Shown in pieces: positions 35,432 to 50,938 of a stretch of DNA of 64,000 nucleotides. Position 1 is the first letter of the stretch; every line of letters begins with the position of its first letter. The position numbers were made by a program, and so were the translations under genes. Source of the stretch: Octopus sinensis (Eukaryota); assembly GCF_006345805.1 (NCBI RefSeq), contig NC_043011.1, forward strand, positions 59,842,464 to 59,906,463, given 5' to 3'. Below the pieces are notes generated by a model, which saw only the letters and a program-made list of their open reading frames with translations, did not search any database and had not been told where the DNA came from.

Positions 35432-37593
35432 GAGCCACTGGTCTAGACAGAATGAATGCTGCAAACGTGGTCCCCAAGAGACAACTTTAGGATAACGGTT
35501 TTCTCTTTTTGATTATGTAAATTGTATTTTGTGCTGTACATGTTTTTACACGTCAACAATAGTACAATATTTCATGTTGTGAAGATGAGGCCAACAATGT
35601 CTGGAAATGATGTTTTCTTAGGGACTTTATAGTTCCAAATGAGATGGAAGGGTCTTATATGAAAATATGAAGGAAAAAGATCAAAATAGGACATAATCAT
35701 GTTTTCCCTACACGTCTTACAGAAAAGAGGTTCTCCATATAAGTATATATGTGTGTGTATGTGTATACATATACATACAAATATATACACATATATAAAT
35801 ATATACACATACACAAACATATAACACACACACACACATACATATATATACACACATACATACACATTATTATAAAACTATGGATGTCTCAGCAGTCATT
35901 AAATGATTCCCTTTTTGTTTTATATATGAGATTTTGACTTTAAATAATTTTTAACCTACAATGAAGGAGTACAGGGTGTTTGTTATATTATCATTTTAAA
36001 TACATTTACCACTGACCATCACAGATGAACTGTTGTGAAAATTGATTACTTTCATAAGTAATCTATACATAGTGAAAATTTTCTCAAGTATTTTGATATT
36101 AAAAAAAAAAATATATATATATATAGTTCAGAATCTGAGTGATTATTATTATTATTATTGAGCCACGATGGAAGACCAAAAAAAAAAAAAAGGAAAAAAA
36201 TATACATTGAAGAAAACATGTATCCTGTGTTACACAGTGAATTAATGAATATCCAGTAATATTTAAAAAAAAAACAAAAACATTGCAACTCATTTGCTAA
36301 ATAGCAAGATCATCATCGTTAATATTTATAAAAGTTTTGTAACTGTTTGTTATAACGAGATACAAATGGTGCATGATTTCTTTTTTTTTTTCTTCTTTTT
36401 TTTTTCGTTCAATTTTAAATCCAGTGTAACATTCATGATTTTCAGCTAAGTTGCAGTTTGGAGAAAAATCATGTGTGGGGGCCAAATTTGATTTTCTTGA
36501 AGAGAAAAAAAAAAAGAAAAAAAAATATTGTGATGAATGAATTCAATTTCTGGTGAAATAGCTATTGTGATATGCAAACAAACATTTAAATTAGGGTGCT
36601 AGAAAATGTAAAAAAAAAATTCATTCGTTAACAACACAATGCATTCTCTTTGTGAAGCTGCTGTTTGGTGCAGAATAATGGCAAAAAAATATCCTTGGGC
36701 CCTTCTTTCAAGGTGAACATGGTAGCAAAGCATTTATAAATGTTGACCTATATAGGTCAATGCCAAACGTTTGTATTTCCTAAAGTAGAAAATTTTAAAA
36801 GAAATAAGGTTTTGGCAAACTAGAAGTATTGCCCCAAACTGTAAAACCAGATGGGTTGCGGAAATTGTCTTCAAGCTCTTTAAAGTTGGCTTTAATGCTT
36901 GCCCACATAAATTTTTCTGGATTGTGTCTTTAAGATAATCTATATGTGTAAAGTGTACATATAAAAGAATGAAGAGGAACCGAAATTGGAACCACTCAAG
37001 CAAATGAAAAAACATCTATGCAGTCATTCAAACTGCTAGAAATAGCAGCCAAATATCAACTCAAATCACATACCAGGTCATAAGAAACATATTATATAAT
37101 GTATTCCTGCAAATCCCTAAAAAGGGAATATGATCATGTCTAGAAAGCATTTGATCAAGGTGTTCTTCACCCAGTGTTCACATGGGACTAAACAACATGA
37201 AAATCTCATGAAGAATTTCCTGTAAATAACCAAAGCAATATTTCCTTCTCTCTAACAGATCCAGTATTGTAAAGAAGTAGATTGTGAGAAGACACAAATT
37301 GAAGAAATTCCAAGAATATTATTTCTGAAAAATAAATTCCTAAAATCAAAGTTTTATTTACAAAATTGTTTGGTTGCATTTCATAAATTTTATAATAAAA
37401 ATAAATTCTTCAGTAATTACATACCAACTTATTCACAGATTAAAATATATTTACACACATAGTACACACACACCACACACACATATATACACATACATTC
37501 ACACACATATGAATACACACAAGGTCATATATAATTATGTATATATGTGTATATATACATATAGATATCAATATACCAACACACGTAAGCATA

Positions 37594-37633
<40 letters not shown>

Positions 37634-37729
37634 CATACATAGGTATTTATATAATGTATATGTATAAATGCAAACACATGCACACACACATACACACAGA
37701 TATACCAGCATATATAAGCACAAATGCAC

Positions 37730-37770
<41 letters not shown>

Positions 37771-39483
37771 AAGAGATAGGTAAATTATATAAATGTATAC
37801 GTATAATTATATGCATGTGTTCATTATTTCTGTGGAAAAAATGTTGACAGTAACTTCAAAGTTTTGACTATGCAGCCTTCATAGGACAGTAGATTACTCT
37901 GGTCTTACCACAAGCTTTGTACATAATTTTTGGATTTCAGTCTGTGGGAAGAGCCATGTAGTTGCAAAGAATAGTGTAATAATGTATGCTCGTTGGATAT
38001 AAACAAACATTTTATAAATATCTCTTTATAGAATATCCATAACTATTTTTGCTTGCATGCCACAAAAACTCACAATTGCACCACAGTTACTTTACAGCAA
38101 CATTGCTCCTCTTATATGGTGAACCTCAAAAATTTTAAACCGAAACTGAAAAAGAAAAAAAAAGCCCAAAATAATTTACAGCCCAATGAAGGCTTCAAGG
38201 CAGAAACTTTAAGGTTCCTGTTAACCTTTTCCCAACAGAAACAAAATAAAATGTGTTACAGGGCTGAAAGCTTTGCAGAGATTATGCAGTTAATACTTGA
38301 CAATCGCCAACTATGTGCAAAATCAATACATGTTTTTTATATGTGTGTGTGCGTGTGTGTATATATATATACACACACATATATATATATATATATACAC
38401 ACACATAAATATATATATATATATACACATAAATATATATATATATATATATATATATGATATATATATAACCTTGTTTGTTTTATGCTTGTTTTTCCAT
38501 AGTTGTAAGGATTAGATGAATATGTGATTTAGGCATTGTTGTTGCAGCTGTATGCCCTTCCTATTGCTAATCCTTTACCTGTTTTTCAAGCGAGGGATCT
38601 CTTCTTCCATTCAGCTTCAAAGGCGCCATGCAAGATATAAACAAACAGACAGACATGCATGCATTCATGCCCACTCAAACACTTCACAAATGTATATATA
38701 TTCCATTATATCATATATTATGTTTTATATAATGTATTATATAAAATCATCTATAATATACCATATTATATAATATTATATACATGTAGGCATTAATTAG
38801 TCTTATTTCAGTTTCTCTTTACCGAATCCACTTATAACGCTTTGGTGAGACTAAATTAATAGCAGAAGCCCAAGGTTCTGCACAGTAGGACTTTGAAATC
38901 AGCATAACTGTCATTTCAAGCTTCGGTTATTATCATGTAAAGGTAGATACGATTGTTTGGCAAATTTTTAAATAAAAAAATATAAATTCTATACTTGAAT
39001 CCTGTACTGAGTACTATATTTGAAAGAAGTCTACTTTGATAGAACCAATTTCAATGGAGATAATATAGTACATACATGTGTGTGCATTTATCATACTATA
39101 TGGGCTAAAAACGCCTAATGTAGGAAAAGATTGAATCAACCTTATCCATGAGATGAAAAACTGAAACACCTGCCTACTGTGGATCAGCTCCTGTGGCTAA
39201 TTTTGCCCCTTTTTTTTCCTCTGTGTAAGGTGTTTGACTCCATATATAAACAGCTAATATCCATATTTACATTTTTCACCATCATAAAAACTTATTTTCA
39301 AAATTTCTGAATGCATCAAAATATGATTTCAAATAAAAATAGATAATGAACAGACATATGTGTACATACAAATATACACACTTATATATATATACATATA
39401 AGTGTGTATGTGTATATATATATGTATGTATGCAGATATATATATATATATAATCTATATACATATGTATGTATGTATGTATG

Positions 39484-39515
<32 letters not shown>

Positions 39516-39709
39516 CATATATACATGTGTATGTGTGTATATATATATATATACACATGTATATACATAGATATACATACATACACACACACATGTATGG
39601 ATATATATACATGTGTGTTTGTACATATACACAGTTTCATAACATACATATATACACCTACATGGAGATATAAACACACAAACACACACACAGACAAATA
39701 TGTAGACTG

Positions 39710-40655
39710 ATCTCTTTGAGAATTACTGGAAATGTTTCTAATGTGGAATTAAAACCTGGACTCAACAAGGTCTGCATATAAATCAAGCAACCCCAAAAGT
39801 TCTAACTTGCAGGAAAACGATTGATCTCTATTTCCAGCTGGAAAAGGATTGCACGGAGTCCAGAGACAAAAAAAAATGCATGTAAAAATGCCATATTGTG
39901 CAGTAGATGCACTCTCTCAGTTTCCAATTATCAGCCCAAGACAAGCAGTGAATCTTGTGAAGCAGACATCTAATAATAGAAGACAGAGCACCACCAAAAT
40001 TTAAGTCTTTTAAATGTTTGGAGGGGGTTTAAGAAGTATTTGATGCCTTGTTCTGCCAAGGTGAGTTAACAGAAGCTGAGGATTTTCAGAATATATAAGA
40101 GCCAATGTAAGCATGGCACAGATAAATTTGAGAGAGAGCTATTACCTTTGATGGCAACCAAATGATTATCTCTTAGAGGTAAGGGCAAATTGTATGATGA
40201 TTGTATATAAAATGTGATGTTGCATAGTTACGAAACATGAGCATTGAAAGTAGAAGGTGTATGAAGGCTGGAAAGAAGTGAGGCAAGCATGTTCTGGTAG
40301 ATGTGTAGTGCTGACGGACCTGAATGATGGCACACAAATGAGCTGAGAGAAGGAAAACAAAAAGAGGTATAAAAAGGAATCAGATGCAGTGTAGTGGAAA
40401 GGTCATTGAGCTTGTGTTGACATGTGACGTGTAAGGGGTTGCGGAAAGAAGTGGCAAGTGATTAAAGTGAAAGAAACCTGTGGAAGGGAAAGACCAAGGA
40501 AGGCATGGACTGAAGTGGTGAGATTCGATCTCAGGATGCTGGATCTCATGAAGGAGATGGCAAAGTACCACAAGAAGTGGTGAGATGCTGTGCTGGAGAA
40601 GACCTGTTCAACCCATGTAAACTTGGAAAAATGGATGCAAAATAATGATGATAAT
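39710..40655 (+). mobile_element. RTE-clade LINE 3' fragment, decayed
   Basis: RELLPLMATK*LSLRGKGKLYD..VMLHSYET*..RLER..CGRERPRKAWTEVVRFDL; tail CAACCCATGTAAACTTGGAAAAATGGATG..(GAT)n-like. Confidence 0.8.
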
Positions 40656-40890
40656 GCACACACATGCATACAAATAGACGCACATAAAAGCAAACCTAGA
40701 GATTTTGATATAAATATATACATGCACACACATGAAAGAGTGGACAAACGAAAGAAAGTCACACTCAAACACATTCGGTAGCAGTTACACATATTTTTTA
40801 ATAACTGTTTGACTCAGCTCCATATAAAAAGTTCATGGACATGTAATACACATCCATCTCATCAGATATCTATCTATCTACCTGTCTGTA

Positions 40891-40934
<44 letters not shown>

Positions 40935-41760
40935 AAGCATGCAGTGATCTTGTAATTGAGACACACTTGTTCTTTTCTATTTTTCTCTCTCCTCATCTAT
41001 CCTTTCCATATATGTCTATGTATGTAGGTAGATGGTTTTTGTTTATCTAATGGAACCAAAGCATAAAAATAGTCAATGAAAGTGTGAAGAGGGGTATAAA
41101 CTGGGAATAGGGATTTCATCTAGACCCCTAGTTTCAGTCAGCCAGACCTTTGGTCAATAGCAAATGCCACTGATCCGGACTTTTACTGCTTATACAATTT
41201 AACAGAAATTTCTTTAAAATCTGCTCATTTGTACAGTTGACTGAAAGGCTGGTTGAACAAAATGTAAACTCTTTACTACACACACACGTGTGTGTGTGTG
41301 TGTGTGTGTGCATATGTATATATATATGTGTGTGTATATATCTATCTATGTATACATATACACACACACATACACTATTAATGTTGAATGAATGAGAAAG
41401 GAGTGCTCAATACATGGTGTACAAGATAGAGTTCTTTTTACTAAAACTGAAGCTGAAAGCTTAATCTCACGACTCGTGTTTCACACCTGTCAGGTGAAAC
41501 TAACATGACACGATATCAGTGTGTTTATATATCTGTTAATGCTTGGGGGTGGTCTGCTACCTGAGGTATTTCATTGGTTGTGAGTTGTATCTATTGTGTG
41601 GTGTTATATTACATATCCTGGCCAATTCCTTAAGCACTTGATAATGATGTCATCACATCAAAGTGATGCCAGTGCATGATGCTTTTTGAAGTGAGGAGAG
41701 GCATTGCATACAACCAATCTCATTCTCTGAACACAGTGACAGCCAATGACAATCCATATC

Positions 41761-41796
<36 letters not shown>

Positions 41797-42171
41797 GTTA
41801 ACAAAAGTCAGGATGTGTGGCGTTCGATTATTCAATAAATGAAAAATGCATTGAATGCTTCAAAACGTACACATAGGACCATGATACTTCATCAGTTAAC
41901 TAATGAAGAATTATGGTCCTTCTGTGTCTGTCCTAACCATACGTTTTGTAGTATTTAATACATTTTTTTATTTATATATACATATGTATATAGGCTTGAA
42001 ACGTTAAAGACTTTTTCACTTCCCGAGCGTTATACTAATACATCTGTTTGTTGTCTACACCACCTGTCTTCATCTTTTGTTTTTTTTTCGTAATATATAT
42101 ATATATATATATATACATACATAAATATAATATATATATAAATACATAAATATATATAAATAAATACACAA

Positions 42172-42230
<59 letters not shown>

Positions 42231-42402
42231 TACATACAAATGCAGCCTATAACAGAAAAATATTCTCATCACACAAATCTACTATGGAAATTGAAGCATG
42301 CTTATGTATATACATATCTCTATATATGTGTGTGTGCATGTGCATGTACATATGTATATATGTGTGAGAGAGAGAGAGTGTGTGTGAGTGTGTGTATATA
42401 TA

Positions 42403-42433
<31 letters not shown>

Positions 42434-43455
42434 TCATACACACACAAGCATGTACATGGATGTGTGTACAAATGCGTAAGATATGAATGATGTATATGTT
42501 AAGTGAAATAAATAAATAAATGAATATGCAACATAGGAAATGAATTTTCTCTTTTAAAAAAATTTTCACTTTTATACTGAAAGTGAATTAGTCAGATTTT
42601 GGAGTTGGGGAAAGGACAACCTGTGTGAGTTTGTTGTTAAAAAAATGACTTAAAGAAATAGGAAATTCAGACCTGTTGTTAAGAAAAAAAACACCATTAT
42701 AATTAATTAATTAATTAATGAGACATGGTTCACAAGAATATAAGTGATTGATCAAGGAAGAAAAAGAAAAATTTACAAAATCTTTCATTTTTTACGTTTA
42801 GTTTAAAATATATCTTTTTTTCTTATTATTCTTTACACAATTCATTGATTAAATAAAAATAAAATAAAAAATGTTGAACGAAAGAATTTCTTTTATAAAA
42901 GGAAAATACAAAAAAAAAATGAGAAAATTTTCAAAAAAAAAAGGTTAACGTAGGTTTGCTTTTTTAAGGGATTGTTTTCTTCAGAGATTTTTTTTTTTTT
43001 GCTTTTCAAAATAAATTTCTTAAAATACTTTTTGTTGCAACATTTTGGCAGATACATGCATAATAATAATAATTTGAAATGCCTCCAAAACTGGCATCTC
43101 ATGTGTTAAAAGTTCAAAATCAAACACTCAGTATTTGTACCAATATTTTCAGTTTGTCAACTAACAGCGATGACTGGACACATACATAACATGCGGTGAA
43201 ACATTATGTGTAATATAATGTATCTGATATACATACATATATATATATGTGTGTATATATATATATATATCAAATGCAGTTTATGTTACATAAGAATATG
43301 GGCTATTAGCATATATATGTTATGCATGTAAATAATCTGTATGTATGTGTTATGTTATGCGTGTGTATGTGTGTGTGAGAGTATACATTTCCAAACAATA
43401 CTGCTGAAGTAGAAAAATAAGACAAAAAAACCCCAGAAAACCACATTATTTTTCT

Positions 43456-43640
43456 AACCCTTTAGCATTCAAACTGGCCATATCCAGCCCAGATTTTCTT
43501 CTCGCTTTATGTTTAAATTGGCCAGATCCAGCCTCTCACACCATTGAAATCTTAAAGCTACAAGATAATGCATGATTAATTCAAAGCATATGAATAAATA
43601 AGTATTATATCTGACAGTGTAATCTGAGTGCTTAAGGACA
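43456..43640. mobile_element. Short MITE-like element with CCCTTTAGCA ends; related copies at about 61675-61890 and 63888-64000 (cut by window end)
   Basis: Shared internal GGCCAGATCCAGCCTCTCACAC..AAGCTACAAG; ends AACCCTTTAGCA / TGCTAAAGGG. Confidence 0.65.
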
Positions 43641-44898
43641 CAATTAACTACATGAAGGGTAATTTGAAAACAAGAGGCATAGTGAGTTGAATCAACCCCC
43701 AACACATTACTGGTATTTTGTTTATTAAAACCAGTATTACAAAAGTGATCCTGCTGGGGCTTTGAAGCATCTGTGTATGTTTTAGAAACAGGCAGATGAA
43801 ACAGAATGTCAAAGGGTATTCATTGAAGGTCTAATAATTCTGCTACAGCAGCGCTTTCCAGACAGCCTCTATTTGCTCACTTGACCTGCCTTAAATAGCA
43901 GTAAATCTTCACAAATCACACACTAACATCTTAAAAAGAAAAAAAAAGTTGAATGAGAGGGGATAACGTAGTCATGGATATAGTAAATGAGAAGATGGTC
44001 ATGTTTGGAACACCTATGTTTCATAAGTCTGTCAATCAGTGTTGACAAGAGGTTTAATGCTAAATAAGAAAACCCAAAATTATGATAAAATTCTCAGAGG
44101 AATTGATGCATTTCCTGTTGATTTAATTAGGGCTATTCTGGTGGGGGTGGTGATGACAAAATGAAGTTCAGCATGCTTGTGCAGATCACAGGATGTGCAT
44201 AGTTCAATTCCAGCCAAAGAATTTAACACTTATAAAAAAAAAAAATTCTCAATTACAGAGTATTGCTTATGAAAGAATACCTATATATACATACATATAT
44301 ATGTATATAAATATACACACACACATGCCACATGCACACAAATGCATTTACATCATTGCAGGGCCATTTTAGCAATTTAACAAGACAAAACCTTGTTATT
44401 TCATTGTAGTAAGCAACTATGAAATTGTGGAACTTGGTTTGTCATACTTCTGTGCCGTTCAGTTGATGCTCTGGAATGGCATCAGTGATTGGGTCACATT
44501 AAAGATGAGATACGATTGACAATTCACAGAAGACAATGTTATTAAGAAAATAACTTTGTGAAATTAAGATCTTTTTTTTTTCTTCTCTACTTGGATGGCT
44601 AAAACGTCTTCTCCACAATATGAACTTGCTTCAGTGTGATCTCCCAACATAACATCCTCAAATCTCATCACTTGCTGCACACATATCACTCTATTCACAT
44701 ATACATGTATGCATAATATATATATATATATATATGTATATACATACACACACTCACACACACAATTGTCACTGAAGTGATTAAGGGTGCAAGTCAGCTC
44801 CAGCATTGCTAGAAATAAGAGTAAAAACAACACTTAGCCACTTTAGTGACGACTGTACTTGTGCTTTTGGTTTTAAATTGTGAATAGCCACTTTAATA

Positions 44899-44973
<75 letters not shown>

Positions 44974-45059
44974 TGCATCTACATACATATATATATGTAC
45001 GTAAATTCATAAAAATATATTTACATACACTCACACACTTATGCAAATTTAAACATAAT

Positions 45060-45109
<50 letters not shown>

Positions 45110-45298
45110 ATGTATACATATATATAAAATATTTATGCAATTTTAATTATAATTTTACCTAATCACATGCACACACACATACTTATGGCTGTATGTAAAT
45201 AATAGTTATATTTTCTTCATTGACCACTAGGGGTTCACAATAATAATGATAACAACAACAATAATAATAATAATGATAATAATAATAATAATAGTAAG

Positions 45299-45333
<35 letters not shown>

Positions 45334-45798
45334 TAATAATAATAATAGTAATGATATTCAGCTTATGAAAGCTAACAACATATACATATATGTATACACA
45401 TGCAAACTGTACAAAGCTCAGCTCTGCAGTTTGCCCTTTACATGGTTTCATTGTGAATGTAGTATAAATTAGGTGTAGGCTATTTTGTACCTCATATCTG
45501 CAACACCAATTGAGATAACATCGTCAAAGGTGATGGAATACCGGAAAAAATGTGCTAAGAGAAATGGAGATTAAGGAAGAACAAACGGTGGCAAAGAAGA
45601 AAAGAAAAAGGCACAGAGCTTAGGAAAGTTCTTTTAAATTAAGCAGTTATGAAGGTTACGTGAAGAAAGGCCATGAGTGCTTTCAATGTTTTGTTTGTTT
45701 GTTTGATTCCTCATTAGAATTTACATTGATCTTTTTCTTCACTTTGGTTTGGCTTTTGTTATTCTTTGAGAAATAAAGAAGCTAGTCTGAAGCTATCA

Positions 45799-45850
<52 letters not shown>

Positions 45851-46689
45851 TACATATATGTATATATATAATTACATATATGTGTGTATATATACATATA
45901 TATATATGAAATTACATATGTATATATGTGCACGTATATATGTATATATATATATATATACATGTATGTATATATTCTTTTACTTCAGTCATTTGACTGT
46001 GGCCATGCTGGAGCACTGCCTTATACATATATCATAGACAATTTCAAATTGGAAATATGTTGATTTTGTTTTTTGAAAATGTTTCAAAATGCTGTTTGTG
46101 TTTTCTATTTTCAATAATGTAACTTTTTTAAAGTTATACTCTTCAATATGATTAAGTCAAAATCATATAAGAAAATCTAATGACAAAAAGTAAGGCAACA
46201 AGAATTGTTCTAGAGTAGGGATGGTAGGAGGGAACAAGAGGGAACAAGGTTGCTTAACTAGCTTGATCACTAAATGTTAATTATATCAAAGGGAGTGTTT
46301 ATAATACAGACCAAAAAACAAGAAAAAGAAAAAATCAAAATTAAATCAATGAAAATCCTAAGTCAAAAGACATTTTCTCCCTACAAAATAAAAAAAAAAG
46401 AAACAAAAAAGGAATAGAATAAAATTAAAATTCCAAAAGCAAAAAGAATAAAAAATGAAAATGATAAAAAGAATAAAGCAAAATATAATTAGTCAAAATT
46501 AAATTACATAGTTGAAAATATCATTATAAATATAATTGGTAAAAAAACCCCAAACCAAACAAAAAACATGATAAAAGTGAATGAAGAATATTATATTAAA
46601 AAAATATCAGCAGATTTTTTTTCTTTTCAATGGCAAATTTATTTTCAAAACCAGTTTCATCGCAAAGAGTTAAGTCATTAATGGTTTAA

Positions 46690-46918
46690 CCCTTTTGGTA
46701 CCATATTTCTGTTGAGATGCTCTGTGTTTCTCTCAATTAATTTTAAATATAACAAAGAATTTAGAAGAAAAAAAAACAACTTAGTTATCATTAAGCTATT
46801 GTTAGGAACATAAATTGTGACTAAGTTTTGGTGGAAGATTTTAATTCAGAACTTTTGAAAACAAGACATTTGTACAACAGAGCCAGAAGCGGTTTCAGCC
46901 AGGTTGGTATCAAAAAGG
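46690..46918. mobile_element. piggyBac-like MITE with TTAA TSD
   Basis: TTAA-CCCTTTTGGTACCA ... TGGTATCAAAAAGG-TTAA. Confidence 0.75.
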
Positions 46919-47048
46919 TTAATGATGCTAAAAGGAAATACAAGATAGAGCTGTTTGATTGTGCAGCAATAGTTATTGCATATTATCACAGCAACTGAAC
47001 TGTCAGTATTAAGGACATGATAATATCTGAATGTGTAGTGTGTGTGTG

Positions 47049-47115
<67 letters not shown>

Positions 47116-47349
47116 ACATATTAACCATTTAATACTTAAGTTATTAATATGCAAAAGAAAAATAAATTGGTCTTATTTTATGGTTAGGACATAGGTCAGA
47201 TGTAGAAAAAAAATTAATATATATATATCAGAAAATGTCTGTACAAACAGATGTACAACTACTGTTGTGTTTAGAGCTCCAGGTAGATTTTTAAAATCCA
47301 GTCTGCTTTAAATAGTAATTATATATATATGTGTATATGTATATATATG

Positions 47350-47409
<60 letters not shown>

Positions 47410-48159
47410 TATATGAAATTAACTCTGTAATAACTGCCAGATGTTTTAATTGTTTACATGCAATAATGTTGTTCAAATGTAAAGAATCCTTAGAAGTTGG
47501 CCAAGTTTTCAATTTTGTCATTCTCTCTCTCTTTTTTTTTTAATAAGTACTGAAGATGCTACCACAGCTACTCATCTCAAGCAAGGATACTCATCCTCAT
47601 TTCCTTGTTGTGGATTCACTGACGGCTGAATAAACAAGCCTTGATACACAGGTCTTGCATAAGAGCGAACAGTTTAACAGTAGGTGTTAACAATAAGTGT
47701 TAGAAAGATAATAAGAGAGTATACTAAATTCTCCAAGTGGACAAGATTACTAAAGGAACCATAAGTAACGTAACCCTTTCCAGTAATAATGTTAAATACC
47801 TGTAAAGGATAGAACTACTAGAATTGGCAAGTTATGGTACTTCAATAAACTTGATACATCTTAGAAGAAAATAGCTTTAAACATCAAATGTCTCAACAAA
47901 AAGATTGGTATTATGAACTGCTTTCTACAGTTAAAGGTAGTGACATTTTGAATGGATATATCTGATTTCCACAACAGAAGAAGTTAAATACTAATTCTAT
48001 TAATGGAGTGAAACCTAAACACAGTACAAGTTCACTAAATATAAAGAACTTCAAAGTAACATAACAATGACATCATGGCATAGATGCAGCTTTTAAAAAG
48101 GATGCACTTACTGCTATATTGAATTTTTGTTTGTTATTGTTACTTTGCAATAATAATGT

Positions 48160-48817
48160 TGCCTAAATTTTCATAACGAGGAAATAATTTTGAGGGAACC
48201 TAAAGTGATGTGGTCTAGAAAATTAACCTCAGTATTTAACTGGTATTGATCTTATTAATCCCAGAAGGATGAAAGGCAGAATGAATCCTGACAGGATTTG
48301 AAAGCAGATTGTAAAGGTACATGAAGCATCTTGTCGATTCTTTTGTCAATTCAATTTCCATTACTATGCAATAACAAGGGCTTCAAATTTTGAGAACTGG
48401 GATTGATTACATCGATCCCAATATTAAAATTATACTCTATTTTATTTGCACTGAAATGATGAGAGACAAAGTTGGCAACTGCAGAATTTGAACCCAAGAC
48501 ATCAAAAAGCTGGAAGAAATGCTGCTCAGCATTTTGCCCAACTCACCAAGGATTCTGTCGGGTCACCACCTTAATAATAACAACAATTATAATCATAATA
48601 ACCCTTTCTACTATAGGCACAAGGCCTGAAATTTGGGGGAGGGGGACTAGTAAATTACATCGACCTCAGTACTCAACTGGTCCTTATTTTTACTGACCCC
48701 AAAAAGTTGGAAGGCAAAGTCGACCTCTGCGGGATTTGAACTCAGAACATAAACACAGATGAAATGCCACAAAGCATTTTGCCTGGCGTGCTACTGATTC
48801 AGCCAGTTCGACACCTT
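48160..48817 (-). mobile_element. Tandem cluster of three SINE family B copies of increasing decay
   Basis: Best copy 48600-48817; older copies at about 48160-48350 and 48375-48575. Confidence 0.75.
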
Positions 48818-48889
48818 AATGATAATAATATTGCAAAGTAAAAGTTTGTGTTGTACATTTAAATTGTAACTTTGATTTAACAAAATAAC

Positions 48890-49052
48890 AGGCGCAGGAG
48901 TGGCTGTGTGGAAAGTAGCTTGCTAACCAACCACATGGTTCCAGGTTCAGTCCCACTGCGTGGCATCTTGGGCAAGTGTCTTCTGCTATAGCTCCGGGCC
49001 GACCAATGCCTTGTGAGTGGATTTGGTAGACAGAAACTGAAAGAAGCCTGTC

Positions 49053-49086
<34 letters not shown>

Positions 49087-49300
49087 TTGTGTGTCTGTGT
49101 TTGTCCCCCTAGCATTGCTTGACAACCGATGCTGGTGTGTTTACGTCCCTGTCACTTAGCGGTTCGGCAAAAGAGACCGATAGAATAAGAACTGGGCTTA
49201 CAAAGAATAAGTCCCAGGGTCGATTTGCTCGACTAAAGGCGGTGCTCCAGCATGGCCGCAGTCAAATGACTGAAACAGGTAAAAGAAAAAGAGAAAAGAA
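48890..49300 (+). mobile_element. SINE family A, full length, low divergence
   Basis: GGCGCAGGAGTGGCTGTGTGG..GGTTCAGTCCC..CTTGGGCAAGTGTCTT..(TA)n..GACTGAAACAGGTAAAAGA. Confidence 0.9.
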
Positions 49301-49853
49301 AGAGTTAATGTAACAGTGCTTGTGTGTTTTAATGATTACAATGACTCTACGATGACGTAATTATCTTTGTGTCAAAATGTCGTCTCTGTTAAATTCATTC
49401 GCCAGATGAGATCAACTCAAAACTTATGTGACGTAAAAAAAAAAATTTGAAAATGTTTAAAATAATTATAAAACAGATACGAGAACTAATAGGAATATCT
49501 CTGTCAGAAATGACTTTTACTAAACTAAAAATGATTAAGGGTTGTTAAATTACAAGAGACGAAATCATATTTGCACTAATTTTTAGTCGCCTGAAAAGTT
49601 TTAGGAGCAGGTGTGACAAAACAGTTAATTGGAGGTAGAGTTATATGTAGATAGAAACGAACAAAATAGATTGATAGCTTGTATACAGAATTAACAGTTA
49701 CCATCACAAATTTCATGGAATATGGAGAAAAAGCAGAATTTATATTTGATGTATCTATATATGTATGAATGTACATATGTCTATATATATATATATATAC
49801 ATTTATATATATATATACACACACATACTTACACATATGTGAGTGTATGTATG

Positions 49854-49897
<44 letters not shown>

Positions 49898-49901
49898 ATA
49901 T

Positions 49902-50663
49902 GAAGGCATTTTAAATGTTAAATGGAGTTCTTTTATTCCAAACACAGATGTCCTTGCATCTGCAGGCATCACGTCAATTAAAGCTATGATTTTAAGGGAC
50001 CAAATGAGATAGTGTGGCCGTATTGTTTGAATGGTGAATGAACACATTCTGAAACAGCTGTTTTATGGTGAGCTTGCAGTGGGGAAACGCTATCAGCGTA
50101 AACCTAAAAAGAGGTTTAAGGACGGCATAAAGATTACTATGAAGTCACTTGGAATGGATCCAGAAGACATAGAAACCCTTGCTTCGGATTGAGTTGGATA
50201 GCGAACAAAAGTGTGGAGTGGAGTGAAAGTATTTGAAGAGGTCAGGATAATGCATGTAAGACTCAAAAGAGATCTAAGACCGAAAAGGTGAATGACAATG
50301 ACCTTTTTGTGTGCACAGTCTGTGACAGACCAGGCCTGTCTTTTACTGACCTCATTTCTCATTTCCATGCGAACGCATGGAAAACGAACCTCCACCAACT
50401 ATTCTGCCTGTATGTCTGTGCACATCTTTGAATGCAGTATGTGCCAGAAGGATTGCAAATCCAACAGAGGCCTCAAAAGACATTTTAAAATCCACAAAGA
50501 TCAGAACTTATCTGCACCATTTGGTGGTCCAATTCGGAGGTGCAATCTATGTGGGTGTCTTTTCAAAATATTGTCTGGTTTAAAAAGCCACATCAGATGC
50601 CATGATGGTTCTAAAGTGTAGGTACAGGAGGTGGTCAAACTCTGCATAAGGAGTAGACAACCA

Positions 50664-50666
<3 letters not shown>
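49902..50666 (+). mobile_element. 5'-truncated RTE (BovB-like) LINE 3' end with three C2H2 zinc fingers, inserted in (TA)n
   Basis: ILNVKWSSFIPNTDVL..LKQLFYGELAVGKR..KPKKRFKD; fingers FVCTVCDRP..ISH/MRTH (frameshift), FECSMCQKDCKSNRGLKRHFKIH, RCNLCGCLFKILSGLKSHIRCH; in-frame stops present. Confidence 0.88.
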
Positions 50667-50698
<32 letters not shown>

Positions 50699-50893
50699 AA
50701 AAGCAATAAAGATTCAAGTTAATTTAAATGAATTTACTTGAATATGGTACCTAACTTAGATGCACCAAAAAAAACTATACTGTTTTAACAATACAGTAAT
50801 GTGGGGTGATTATAAGCGAGAAAGAAGCAACAAGAATGGATGAAACGATTGTACTAAAAACCTATCCATTCTTGTTGCTTCTTTCTCGCTTAT

Positions 50894-50938
<45 letters not shown>

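Noticed and set aside
50292-50621. Host C2H2 transcription factor gene
   Set aside because: Contiguous with RTE ORF2 remnants and the element 3' UTR; frameshift in finger 1
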